A stretch of 64,000 nt of DNA from contig JAPLYB010000040.1 of assembly GCA_026395795.1 (NCBI GenBank), positions 5,464 to 69,463 of the forward strand, read 5' to 3'. Shown one piece after another: positions 1-9,847 of the stretch (positions are counted from its first letter, which is position 1; each line of letters starts with the position of its first letter). A model generated the notes under the pieces. That model was given only the letters and a program-made list of their open reading frames with translations, searched no databases and was not told the origin of the DNA. This stretch comes from Candidatus Pacearchaeota archaeon. GTDB taxonomy: Archaea; Nanobdellota; Nanobdellia; Pacearchaeales; UBA284. Made by a program: the position numbers and the translations under genes.

Positions 1-249
1 CTCGTAACAGATCAAGTATATTCTGATTTTTTATCATCAGAAGATTATGAACAAGGAAAACAAAAATCTTTTTCAATGGTTGGAGGGGATATCATAAAAT
101 ACTGGAGCAAATGCATCTTTGAGTTGGAAAATCTCGGGCATGGAAGAAAACGAATTTCAATAAAGAAACATCGAAGCCTTCCTGAGAAGAAACTCGAGTT
201 CGAAATTATTGATGAGGGCATAAAGAAGCCAAAATTCAAGTTATTCTGA
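1..249 (+). CDS. radB: DNA repair/recombination protein RadB, C-terminal fragment (runs off the window start)
   Basis: Not in ORF track. Frame 1 reads LVTDQVY...GGDIIKYWSKCIFELE...RKRISIKKHRSLPE; KHR is the RadB basic patch. Stop TGA at 247-249. Confidence 0.8.
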   Translation, partial: LVTDQVYSDFLSSEDYEQGKQKSFSMVGGDIIKYWSKCIFELENLGHGRKRISIKKHRSLPEKKLEFEIIDEGIKKPKFKLF

Positions 250-392
250 AAATCTGCATAAACAATTCTTTAGCAAGAGATATTATTTATTATTAATTAT
301 GTATAGTACAATAAATAGTTATCAAGATATCATTATGGTATTAAATCATATTCAACACAAAATATTTAAGAAATGTTAAATATTGAAGAATC

Positions 393-1562
393 ATGGCAGA
401 AATAGCAGAATGGGATTTTCCAGTTCTTAAATTTGGCACAGAAGAAAAAGAGTGTATTGTTATCCAAGGAGGGATGGGTGTAGGAGTATCCAAAAATAGG
501 CTTGTTTCTGCTGTTGCTAATGAAGGAGCTATAGGAGTAATCGCTGCAGTAGGTCTTGATGTATTAAGAGATTGGGAACAGACAAGAGAATCAGGCGCAA
601 TGGCACTCAAAGAGGAAATAAAACTAACTCGTTCGATGATGATAAAAGGAAAGGACTGTCTTGGAGTCAATATCATGTATGCGCTTTCAAATTACAAGGA
701 TTTAGTTAGGGCATCACTCGAAGAAGAAGTTGATGTTATTTTTTTAGGAGCGGGAGTTTCTAGAAATTTACCTCGTTATGCTATAGAAATTGGAAACACC
801 CACACAAAATTAGTTCCCATTGTTTCTTCTGCAAGACTAGCAAAGATCGTATGTGAAGATTGGGGGGATAGATATGGTCGTCTTCCAGATGCGATTGTAC
901 TCGAAGGTCCGAAAGCAGGGGGGCATCTAGGTTTTCATAGATACAATCCAAAAAAGCCATTGTTAACAGATAATCTTGATAATCCTGATTTTGTTTCTCA
1001 TGGATTAGAAAGACTTATACCTGAAGTTGTTGAAGCAGTTAAACCATTTGAAACTGAAAGAAAAATCCCAATAATAGTAGCAGGTGGAATTTTTTATGGC
1101 GGAGACATCAAAAAAGTCCGTGATCTAGGAGCCGCAGGAGTCCAGATGGCAACTAGATTTGTAACAACTTATGAATGTGATGCAAGCAAGGAATTTAAGC
1201 AAGCATATCTTGATTGCAAAAAAGAGGACATTGTAGTAACAGACAGCCCTGTTGGGATGCCTATAAGAGTTATTAAAAATAAATTTATAGATAAAGCTAT
1301 AGATGAAGTTATAGCCGGAACAAGAAAACCCATAGACTTCTGTCCTTATCAGTGTCTTAAAACCTGCAATCCTAAAAATCCTGCAAAATCACCTTACTGC
1401 ATCGCTCGCGCACTAGTCGCAGCACAAACAGGAGATTTTGATAATGGTTTTGCATGTGCAGGCTTAAACGCAGATTTATGTGGTGCTGATGGAATGAAAT
1501 CAGTTCATGAACTTTTTAAAAGATTAAAGCAAGAATATAAAGAAGGAAAGAGAAGGGACTAA
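393..1562 (+). CDS. Nitronate monooxygenase / FabK-like FMN TIM-barrel oxidoreductase
   Basis: IQGGMGVGVS, EGPKAGGHLG, AGGI, GVQMATRF motifs; C-terminal C-x3-C-x3-C cluster. Confidence 0.85.
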   Translation: MAEIAEWDFPVLKFGTEEKECIVIQGGMGVGVSKNRLVSAVANEGAIGVIAAVGLDVLRDWEQTRESGAMALKEEIKLTRSMMIKGKDCLGVNIMYALSNYKDLVRASLEEEVDVIFLGAGVSRNLPRYAIEIGNTHTKLVPIVSSARLAKIVCEDWGDRYGRLPDAIVLEGPKAGGHLGFHRYNPKKPLLTDNLDNPDFVSHGLERLIPEVVEAVKPFETERKIPIIVAGGIFYGGDIKKVRDLGAAGVQMATRFVTTYECDASKEFKQAYLDCKKEDIVVTDSPVGMPIRVIKNKFIDKAIDEVIAGTRKPIDFCPYQCLKTCNPKNPAKSPYCIARALVAAQTGDFDNGFACAGLNADLCGADGMKSVHELFKRLKQEYKEGKRRD

Positions 1563-3034
1563 GTTGCTTTCTTGATAACTCTTCTTGAATACTCTCTATT
1601 ATCTTTTGCTCTTTTGTAAGCATGACCCACATATTTTTCAATATCTCCTAAAAGAATAGAAGATTCTTTTTTTGGAAGTGAGCCAAAAAATTCTCTAAAC
1701 TCATCATCTCTGAGACATATATTCAATAATCCTTTCTTCTTAGTTTTTGCTTCTTTGGCCATAACTTTAACAAAATTATGTCCTTCTCCATACTCAGAAT
1801 GGATAAATTGCCTTGCTCTTAATATGGCAGTCATGGCTTCTGTAGAATTCTCTCTAACATAAGCTAAATTTGCTTGCATTTTATCTGCATTTATTGAAAA
1901 TTGTCCGAGCTCTTTGTATAATCTCGAGAAAGCTTCATATGTCTGGACCATCATAGTCTGTGGTTGATATCTTCCTTGTACAGAGTTTCTTAAATCTCTT
2001 CCAAGATTAGAATCGAGCATTGCATGCAGAACATGCATGCCGCTTGCAATAACTTCTGCTTTTCCCGCAATATTTTCCCAGTTTATTGGATTATTTTTTC
2101 CAGCATCTGCACTTGAGCCCCCTAACCGAGCTGCATCTTTTCTAGAATTAACTTCTCCAACAGCAGAAGAGTAAAGAATTCTCATATCATTTGCAAAATT
2201 TCCTAAAACCTTGGCTAATAATGTTATTCCTTCTCCAGCTAAGCATAATTTCTCTCTTCCAGTTATTTGCGTTGCAGTATAATCTGGTTTTAATCCAAGT
2301 TTTTTCAGAACAGCTTTCTCAAACTTTAATGATTTGCCTTCTCCTATAACCATATCGACACTAGCGCCAGTTCCAACTATTCCAGAAACTTTTCCACGAA
2401 GATCATTAAAAGATCTATCACAATATTCTACCATCTCAGCAAATCTTCTAGCATATCCTGCTAAGGTCATTGAAAATGGAACAGGAGACGTATCTTGTAG
2501 ATGTGTTCTTCCGACCTGTAGAATATTTTCTTTCTCACTCAATTCAGAAAGCTGGCATATTTTCTCTATTCCTTCACATACCTTTCCTCTTATTTTTTCA
2601 AACCAAGCTTTCTTTAATAAATACGCTCTTAAAGTATCAACAATATCATAAGACGTTGTTCCAGGATGCAACAGCGCTTTTGTTTCAAGGGGGACATGTC
2701 TTCCTATTTCATCTATAACTGCAATTTGATCATGATGAGTTACTTCATCTTCAATCAATAAAGCATTTAATGGATCAAATTTATCTAGGCTGGCTTTTAC
2801 TCGTCTCACATGTTTCCTTTCTGCTTTTCCGAATTCTGCTCTTGTTTCTAAAAGAACATATTGAATGTATGCTGCAGTTTTTATTTCAGCCTCATAGCTT
2901 AAATAATCCGCCAAGGCATTTGTAGCAAAAGTATATCTTGCATCGTCTGGAGAAATGCATCTTAGTGCATCCCTTCTTTTTCGGACATCTCGTTTCTTTA
3001 ATCTACCAACAAGATTTAAACTCTTTTTAGCCAT
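1559..3034 (-). CDS. purB: Adenylosuccinate lyase
   Basis: THHD, LHPGTTSYD, GRTHLQ, SGIVGT and GSSADAGKNNPINWE (variant of SSxMPxKxNP); lies in pur operon. Confidence 0.85.
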   Translation of the reverse strand: MAKKSLNLVGRLKKRDVRKRRDALRCISPDDARYTFATNALADYLSYEAEIKTAAYIQYVLLETRAEFGKAERKHVRRVKASLDKFDPLNALLIEDEVTHHDQIAVIDEIGRHVPLETKALLHPGTTSYDIVDTLRAYLLKKAWFEKIRGKVCEGIEKICQLSELSEKENILQVGRTHLQDTSPVPFSMTLAGYARRFAEMVEYCDRSFNDLRGKVSGIVGTGASVDMVIGEGKSLKFEKAVLKKLGLKPDYTATQITGREKLCLAGEGITLLAKVLGNFANDMRILYSSAVGEVNSRKDAARLGGSSADAGKNNPINWENIAGKAEVIASGMHVLHAMLDSNLGRDLRNSVQGRYQPQTMMVQTYEAFSRLYKELGQFSINADKMQANLAYVRENSTEAMTAILRARQFIHSEYGEGHNFVKVMAKEAKTKKKGLLNICLRDDEFREFFGSLPKKESSILLGDIEKYVGHAYKRAKDNREYSRRVIKKAT

Positions 3035-3080
3035 TTTTCCTCAATCTTTTTATCTTTTTAATATTTATTGCGATATTCTA

Positions 3081-4382
3081 CTACCACGTTGCAATCTGAT
3101 CTCTTCTAGGTCCAACCCTAATTGCACTTATTGGCACATCAAGTCTATTTTGGAGAAAGTTCAAGTAAGCTAGAGCATTATCTGGGAGATTATGAATTTT
3201 TCTAACAGAAGAAATATCTTCATTCCAACCATCAAACCTTTCATATACTGGTTTCACCAAACCTAATATATTCATCGGATATTTTACTCCTCTTCCACCA
3301 ATTTCATGACTTACCGCGACTTTTATAACAGATTCTCCGTTTAAAACATCTAATTTTGTTAACACAAATTCAGTAATCCCGTTTAATTTAAATGCATACT
3401 CAAGCAAAGGTAGATCCAGCCAGCCGCAATCTCTTCTTCTTCCTGTTGTCGCACCGAATTCTTTTCCCTTTTCTTGTAATCTCGTGCCAATCTTGCCATC
3501 ATCACCACTCATACCAGTTAATTTAGTTGGGAAAGGTCCTAATCCAACTCTTGTTGTGTATGCTTTAACAATCCCTATAATCCTGTCAAAATTAATTCCA
3601 TTTTCACCCGGTGCAACACCAAGGCTGGTGTAAAATCCCCCGAGTATCGTATTTGAACTAGTAACATCTGGGTAAGTTCCATGATCCTTGTCTAATAGGG
3701 CACCTTGTGCACCCTCTGCTAAGATCGCACCATTATGCGCAAAAAGGGCATCTCTTACCCCCTCAGAAAAAAAGGAATTTAAAAAATCTCTTTCAGCAAG
3801 TAATGGGTCCATGACAGATTCCAAACTAACTGGATTAGCGCCATAAAACTTTAGAACATGATTCTTAAATGCAAGATTTTTTTTAATTTTTTCTTCCAAA
3901 TCATTCTTTGATAAATAGTGAAGATCGGCCATGTCCAAACCGATTCTTTCACATTTGTCTGCATAAGTTGGTCCAATTGCTTTTTTTGTTGTTCCGATTT
4001 GTATTAGTCCAGTAGCACCAACTGTTTCTCTTGCCCCTTCTATAGCTAAATTATAGCCCATAATGATGCCAGCATTTCCAATCATTAAATTATCAGGATT
4101 TATTTCAATTCCCCTCTGTTGCAAATCCCTTATCTCTTGGCGTAAAAGTGTAGGATCAATCACGACATTATTCCCTAGAATGTTTATTGTTCCTTTAGTA
4201 AGAATTCCCGAAGGAAGCTGATGGAGAACATATTTTTCTCCCTGATCATCAATAACAGTGTGCCCCGCATTTGGTCCACCTTGAAATCTCACAACAACTT
4301 TATGGTCTCTTGCTTCTTTATCTACTTGGGCTCCCTTTCCCTCATCTCCCCATTGGGCCCCCACAATTACTGTGTTGACCAT
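3081..4382 (-). CDS. purA: Adenylosuccinate synthetase, long form
   Basis: GAQWGDEGKG, RFQGGPNAGHT, EGAQG, GATTGRRR, TKLDVL motifs. Confidence 0.97.
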   Translation of the reverse strand: MVNTVIVGAQWGDEGKGAQVDKEARDHKVVVRFQGGPNAGHTVIDDQGEKYVLHQLPSGILTKGTINILGNNVVIDPTLLRQEIRDLQQRGIEINPDNLMIGNAGIIMGYNLAIEGARETVGATGLIQIGTTKKAIGPTYADKCERIGLDMADLHYLSKNDLEEKIKKNLAFKNHVLKFYGANPVSLESVMDPLLAERDFLNSFFSEGVRDALFAHNGAILAEGAQGALLDKDHGTYPDVTSSNTILGGFYTSLGVAPGENGINFDRIIGIVKAYTTRVGLGPFPTKLTGMSGDDGKIGTRLQEKGKEFGATTGRRRDCGWLDLPLLEYAFKLNGITEFVLTKLDVLNGESVIKVAVSHEIGGRGVKYPMNILGLVKPVYERFDGWNEDISSVRKIHNLPDNALAYLNFLQNRLDVPISAIRVGPRRDQIATW

Positions 4383-4384
4383 TT

Positions 4385-5311
4385 TTATGCCACCTTCTCA
4401 TATCGATTTATTGGCTTAGCATATCTAACAGTTCCATCTCTTCCAATTTCTCTTCCTGCAAGAGAAACCCTGCAATCTTCTGGTGGATTTCCATAAAATG
4501 TTTTTAATGAATCCCAGAATGTCTGCATAACTTGTTCTAATGTCCCTTTCATCGGAACAAGCAATGGCTCTCCTGAGAATGATGGCAAAGTCGCAGCTCC
4601 AGGCATATAAGTTGTTAAGCAATAGCCAAAACCAGGTTCAACTGGCCTTGCAAATTCATCATATAACGTAGGGAATTCACGTCTGTTTAATCCCGCTCTT
4701 CCATCAATTTCATTTAGATACAAATCATTTCTTTCTGTATCTTTTTTGTCTGGGAACGCAATTTTAAAAGATTCCCTAGTCACGCCAGCAACATTTGCCA
4801 ATCTTTCGGATTTCATCCAATGTTCTCTAGCAAAAGGATTTGCTTTCAACACAGAAAGGAGAACTAGGTTCATATCATCTTTACCCATCTCCTCTACGAG
4901 CTGACAACCAGTAATTCTTGGAGTAAAATTTGACGCATCTGGTTCGCAATATCTTTGTCTAAGAGTATTGAAGAATAACTGTCCCTTATCTAATATATAA
5001 GAAACTGCGGGATCTTCAAAAACATTGTTTGTTTGATCTCCGTTACTGACAACATACAATCCGTGATCAGATCTCATCACATTGTAAATAATCAATCTCG
5101 GATCTTCAACTTTACCAGGATCAGCCGCTTCTGTTCTTAATATCCCATTTTTAAGAACGTAAACTCTATTTCTGCTATTCCCACTTCTTCCCATAATCCA
5201 AGCAATTTGCATTCCTAACCCCTGTTCATTTACTCCAAGAACAATTCCCCTACAAGGGTTATCAACAAGATGCGTCTCTAGATTATGTTTTGCTACTTCT
5301 ATTAATCCCAT
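4385..5311 (-). CDS. purO: IMP cyclohydrolase-like protein (PurO-type Ntn fold)
   Basis: PCRGIVLG, WIMGRSGNSRNRV, LIIYN, VSNGDQT, EPD..NFTPRITG motifs; operon context. Confidence 0.8.
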   Translation of the reverse strand: MGLIEVAKHNLETHLVDNPCRGIVLGVNEQGLGMQIAWIMGRSGNSRNRVYVLKNGILRTEAADPGKVEDPRLIIYNVMRSDHGLYVVSNGDQTNNVFEDPAVSYILDKGQLFFNTLRQRYCEPDASNFTPRITGCQLVEEMGKDDMNLVLLSVLKANPFAREHWMKSERLANVAGVTRESFKIAFPDKKDTERNDLYLNEIDGRAGLNRREFPTLYDEFARPVEPGFGYCLTTYMPGAATLPSFSGEPLLVPMKGTLEQVMQTFWDSLKTFYGNPPEDCRVSLAGREIGRDGTVRYAKPINRYEKVA

Positions 5312-5312
5312 T

Positions 5313-6392
5313 TTATTTCAACATCCCTCTTTTATCAAGTGCAGCAATTACTCTCTCTCTGACAGGATCAGTTGTTATTAGCATCTGTGTTCCAGTTATC
5401 GCTTCTCTCATGTCTCCATATAATTTTACTCCTGTTCTTATAACTTCATCAGGCATCCAATATTTACTGAGTAAATCCTTGTCTAAATGAAGTTTTAACA
5501 TTTCAATGTAATCTCTAAAATGTTGTTTGTCACGCTGAACAGCAACAAATAAATTCTTACTAGGATCATATCTATACTCTTCAGCACTCCAAAATCTAGA
5601 AGAATCAGGAGTGACGCATTCATCAATCAAAGCAATACTTCCATCTGGAAGATATCCAAATTCCCATTTTGTGTCTGCAAGCAAATTTCCTGTTGCTAAA
5701 AGCTCTCGGTTAATCAATTGATACAACTTCCTCGCTGCATTTGTTATAACATCCAAGTCTTCTGGTTTCCTTAATCCAAATGCTTGGTAATTCCTTCTTA
5801 TCATATCTAAAGTTATTGGAGGGTCATCTTTTTCAGGGTTTAATCCGGCAAATTCCGGGATTGGAAAGTCTTTCGCTTGCCCCTTTGCAGTCGGAGTTAT
5901 TATTACACTGTCAAGTCTCGCATTTTTGCAATATCCTGGTCTAAGAGGCACTCCACAGAAGTTCACTCCTTTGTCTGGACCTTCTGCTTGGAGATACGCT
6001 TTCCATCCAGATCCTGTGAGATAAGCACGCAAAACCATTTCCACTAAAATTGGTTCTGCTCTTCGAACAATCCAGGCATTTGGCCCAATTGTTTCCAAAT
6101 AATGATTTGGAATAATTCCACTTGTAAGTTCAAAGAAATGAGAAGATATTGCATCTAGATTTTCTCCCTTGCCATAAACCCTTCTTGGATGCACAACATC
6201 ATGAGTAGAAAGATTATCACTTGAAACCATCAATAACAGACCATCTCCTTCTTTTTTCCCGATGTCGTAGACAGTTCTAACCTTGCCCATCTTTGGGGTT
6301 GTTCCAGGAACAATGCGAACTTTTGTAAAAGTGTCTCTAGCTAATGTATTATCCAAAATATCTGGTGTTAATAGTGCTTCATCAATTGGCAT
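5313..6392 (-). CDS. purC: SAICAR synthetase
   Basis: GKVR.VY, EMVLRAYLTGSGW, ADTKWEFG, DECVTPDSSRFW, DKQHFRD. Confidence 0.93.
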   Translation of the reverse strand: MPIDEALLTPDILDNTLARDTFTKVRIVPGTTPKMGKVRTVYDIGKKEGDGLLLMVSSDNLSTHDVVHPRRVYGKGENLDAISSHFFELTSGIIPNHYLETIGPNAWIVRRAEPILVEMVLRAYLTGSGWKAYLQAEGPDKGVNFCGVPLRPGYCKNARLDSVIITPTAKGQAKDFPIPEFAGLNPEKDDPPITLDMIRRNYQAFGLRKPEDLDVITNAARKLYQLINRELLATGNLLADTKWEFGYLPDGSIALIDECVTPDSSRFWSAEEYRYDPSKNLFVAVQRDKQHFRDYIEMLKLHLDKDLLSKYWMPDEVIRTGVKLYGDMREAITGTQMLITTDPVRERVIAALDKRGMLK

Positions 6393-6417
6393 TTTTTATG
6401 TTTCCTTATTTTAAAAT

Positions 6418-7350
6418 CTAATTTTCAATTTCTCCATTTACCATAACAAATCCAGGATGTTGGTTCAATTTTTCAACGCGAGTTTGTCGTTTCTCTTCTA
6501 TTAATTGAATTGCATGCTTATTTCTGATTAATTGTGCAGCTACAATTGCCGCATTAACAGGGAATAAAGATGTTGTCATACCAGTACAGCTCATCCCACC
6601 CATCTCCCTCATTATTCTTTCATAAAATGAAACATCTGCATATATAAGATCAACAGAATAAACAATTTGAATTCCCCCACTTCCTGCAATAGCCCTATCA
6701 AACTTTTTTAATAGTGGGCAAACACCTTGACTGAGTGGGCTGATAACAACCCCTCCATCAGACTCAAGAGCAGATTGATCACGATAAGAAAAAGGGATAT
6801 TAAATTCATTAAGAACTTCTTCTAATTTAAGACAAAAATCTGGTAAAAATCGTCTAGTTTGTTCTGGTATGCCCACTGTTTCTGCTTCTTCAACGCTTGC
6901 TCTATGCATAAATCTGTAAGCAATTTCTAATGCAGCATCTGTGTTGTTCAATCCGACTGTAAAAACAGGATTATAAGGTGGTTTCTCAACAGTTGAAAGA
7001 AAAGCAGTCAATCCTGCAGAACTATTATCTGCTATAGGAACTCCGATTACTAAGTCCTGTAATCTTGCGTATTGAGCTTTACAAACTCCCGTTAAAACAT
7101 TAGACATTCCCGCTCCATTTATAAAAAAAACTCCTTCGTATCCATGATCCTTTGGACTTAGTCTCGATAATATTGCACCTGCTTTTTCAGGAGTATTGTC
7201 CGCAGAAGCATATTGAACAACTATTCTAATTTCAGGATATCGATCAGTAAACTGTTTTATTCCGGGAAGAATGTTGTTCTCATCACTCGTAGAGCCAAAA
7301 GTTACGCAATATATTTCTGGAGTCTTTGTTTCTGTTCTATGTTCACTCAT
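6418..7350 (-). CDS. purE: Divergent PurE (AIR carboxylase / N5-CAIR mutase)-like protein with a C-terminal extension
   Basis: GSTSD, SADNTP (cf. SAHRTP), GAGMSNVLTG, VIGVP, LSTVEKPP; first gene of the pur operon. Confidence 0.7.
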   Translation of the reverse strand: MSEHRTETKTPEIYCVTFGSTSDENNILPGIKQFTDRYPEIRIVVQYASADNTPEKAGAILSRLSPKDHGYEGVFFINGAGMSNVLTGVCKAQYARLQDLVIGVPIADNSSAGLTAFLSTVEKPPYNPVFTVGLNNTDAALEIAYRFMHRASVEEAETVGIPEQTRRFLPDFCLKLEEVLNEFNIPFSYRDQSALESDGGVVISPLSQGVCPLLKKFDRAIAGSGGIQIVYSVDLIYADVSFYERIMREMGGMSCTGMTTSLFPVNAAIVAAQLIRNKHAIQLIEEKRQTRVEKLNQHPGFVMVNGEIEN

Positions 7351-7399
7351 TTTTCAAGGTTAACCCTGTTTCTCCAGATTATCCCTAGCATTTAGATAT

Positions 7400-7463
7400 T
7401 TAAAGATTATTGTGCACGAAAATGTACAATTTTCGGCATGCAAAAAATCATTAAAGATTATTG
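7400..7463. repeat. REP-like palindrome (CGAAAAT-GTACA-ATTTTCG-GCATGC) between 13-bp direct repeats
   Basis: TTAAAGATTATTG at 7400-7412 and 7451-7463; related palindrome at ~36146-36196. Confidence 0.7.
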
Positions 7464-7530
7464 CAGGAGAAAACAACTGTTAGAAATAATAAAGGGATAT
7501 ACAAAAAATTAAAAAATCAGTTTTATAAAA

Positions 7531-9813
7531 TTATATCTTTTTTGCCGTTTTCTTTTCTTTCACCACAGTCTTCTTTACAGTTTCTTTCTTCATTTTTTTC
7601 ACTTTTTCTGGCTTCTTCACTTTTTCTTCTTTTTTCACATCTTTACTTTCTTCAGGCTTCTTTTCTTCTTTGACTTGCCAACAATTTGGATTTATACAGA
7701 AATACCATGGAAGGCGCGACTTCTTTATCAAAACAAGCTGCGGCTGTCCGCACTTTTCACATTTTTTTTCAGAAACCTTGATCATTCCAAATTGAGGAAG
7801 AGGGAAAGTTGTCTTGCAGTCTGGATATTTATCACAGCCAGCAAATCTCTTGCCTTTTCTGCTTCTTAGCATAATAAGGTTTCCTTGTTTGCAAACAGGG
7901 CATGTATAAAGCTTGCTTGATTCTTTTTTTTGTTGCTCAACATGTTTTGTTGCCTCAAGAAGTTCTTTTCCAATTACTTCTTCGTTTTTTTTAAATTGCT
8001 CGGATATTTTAATGATTATGTTCTTTGCTTCTTCAATTATATTTTCTTCGTCTTTCTTCATTTCCTGTTCTGTTTTTTCATCTAATATCTTCTCTGTTTT
8101 TTCTTCAAATCCCCTCGTAAGATTTTCATCAAGAATCAAAGGCGAGTGTTTCTCAAGAGAATCAACAGTTGCAATCCCAAGTTCAGTTGCTTGAATCTGA
8201 GTTCCGGTTATATATCCTCGTTTATATAGGGTATCGACAATCATCGCCCTCGTTGTTTTTGTTCCTAAGTTTCTCTTTTCAAGTTCAGAAACAAGAGAGG
8301 CAGCTGAGAATCTTCTAGGCGGTTCTGTCATTTTTTCTTCAAGCCTAGCTTCTTTCACAATGACCTCTCCATTTAAAACAGGAAGATTTTGTTCATGCAA
8401 TTTATAAGGATAAATATTGAGCCATCCTTGTTCTACTATCTTCTTTCCACTTGCAAAGAATTGTTTCTCTCCAACAGTCACTGTGATCTTTCTATCTTCA
8501 ATCAAAGCATCTTTAGCAAAACAAGCTAAAAACCTTTTAACAATCAAGTCATAAATTCTTTTCTCATCTCCAGTAATCTTTCCTTGTTCTCCTGTTGGGA
8601 AAATAGCCGGATGTGCAGGATCACTTTTAAATCCTTCAACAGGTCTGTTTCTTCTTCCTTCATCCAAGTATTTCATAAGTTTTGGAAATGCTTTTTCAAG
8701 TTTGTCTAAAATTCTATTATATCCTATTGTTGGTGGAAGTTTTTGAGAAGATGTTCTAGGATACGAAATCAAACCATGTAAATACAACTTCTGTGCTATT
8801 GCAAGTGTTTGAGCTGGACTGAATCCAAAGAATTTGTAGCTTTCCATTTGTAAAGCCGTAAGATCAAACGGTGGAAATGGCCTCAACGGATTTTTAACAG
8901 TTTCGGTAACAGCTTGTCCTTTCTTTCCATTTAATCTCAAGAATTTATCAGCTTCTTCTTGCGATGTTATATTCTCTGGAAATTTAACTTCAACAACTGT
9001 CTCAACAGCTTTTCCATCACCAACAGAAAGAAAAACCTGCCAGTAAGGTGTTGGTTTGAATGCCTGAATTTCTTTTTCTTTTTTTACAAGAAGAGCAAGA
9101 GTAGGCCCTTGTACTCTTCCAATACTCATAATCTTGAATGCTCCAGCAGCTTGAACAGCCTGCATTAAAGCTCTTGAGAGATTGATTCCATAGAACCAGT
9201 CAAGATAATGTCTTGTTTCTCCAGCATATGCTTGTCCAAAATTAATGTGCTCCATCATAGAATCAAAACTATTTGTCAAATCCCATTTTGTTAAAGCAGA
9301 AAACTTCATTCTTCTTGCATTCTCTGTTTTTGCAATAAATTTCAAGACATTATATCCAATTAATTCTCCTTCAATATCATAATCAGTTGCAAGTATGTAT
9401 CCATCTGCATTTTTCACAAGAATCTTCATAGCTGTAACATATTTTCTTGAGAATCCTTCTTTTTCTTGCCATTCAATATTAAACATTGGCCATGTTTTGC
9501 TTGTCTCAATCTGTTTTAATCCGTAAAGATGACCGACAGCAGAGGCAATAACATAACTCTTGCCCTTATGATCTAGCTCCCAGTAAGGAACACCATAGAT
9601 GTTTTTCTTAATAGGAGAACCGTCTGCAAGAGAAAACGCAAGCTTAGCTGCTGCGGCAGGTTTTTCTGCGATTATAAGAGTGTATTTCCTAGAAGTTGCT
9701 ACAGGAACTGTTGAATCAGAAATTGGTTCAGTTTTTTCAATAGATGTTTCATTACTTATTTTATTATCAATTACTTCAATCTCATTTTTCTTGAGCAATT
9801 TCTTTTTTGGCAT
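7531..9813 (-). CDS. topA: DNA topoisomerase I (type IA) with C-terminal Zn ribbons and Lys-rich tail
   Basis: IAEKP, ATDYDIEGE, GRVQGPTL, ISYPRT (catalytic Tyr), LGTKTTR. Confidence 0.96.
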   Translation of the reverse strand: MPKKKLLKKNEIEVIDNKISNETSIEKTEPISDSTVPVATSRKYTLIIAEKPAAAAKLAFSLADGSPIKKNIYGVPYWELDHKGKSYVIASAVGHLYGLKQIETSKTWPMFNIEWQEKEGFSRKYVTAMKILVKNADGYILATDYDIEGELIGYNVLKFIAKTENARRMKFSALTKWDLTNSFDSMMEHINFGQAYAGETRHYLDWFYGINLSRALMQAVQAAGAFKIMSIGRVQGPTLALLVKKEKEIQAFKPTPYWQVFLSVGDGKAVETVVEVKFPENITSQEEADKFLRLNGKKGQAVTETVKNPLRPFPPFDLTALQMESYKFFGFSPAQTLAIAQKLYLHGLISYPRTSSQKLPPTIGYNRILDKLEKAFPKLMKYLDEGRRNRPVEGFKSDPAHPAIFPTGEQGKITGDEKRIYDLIVKRFLACFAKDALIEDRKITVTVGEKQFFASGKKIVEQGWLNIYPYKLHEQNLPVLNGEVIVKEARLEEKMTEPPRRFSAASLVSELEKRNLGTKTTRAMIVDTLYKRGYITGTQIQATELGIATVDSLEKHSPLILDENLTRGFEEKTEKILDEKTEQEMKKDEENIIEEAKNIIIKISEQFKKNEEVIGKELLEATKHVEQQKKESSKLYTCPVCKQGNLIMLRSRKGKRFAGCDKYPDCKTTFPLPQFGMIKVSEKKCEKCGQPQLVLIKKSRLPWYFCINPNCWQVKEEKKPEESKDVKKEEKVKKPEKVKKMKKETVKKTVVKEKKTAKKI

Positions 9814-9847
9814 GATTGTTTTAGAAGTAAGAGGTTAAAAATGTTTT

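Noticed and set aside
3081-4382. PurZ (2-aminoadenine pathway) instead of PurA
   Set aside because: Has GDEGKG with the catalytic Asp of PurA rather than the Ser of PurZ, and sits in an ordinary pur operon
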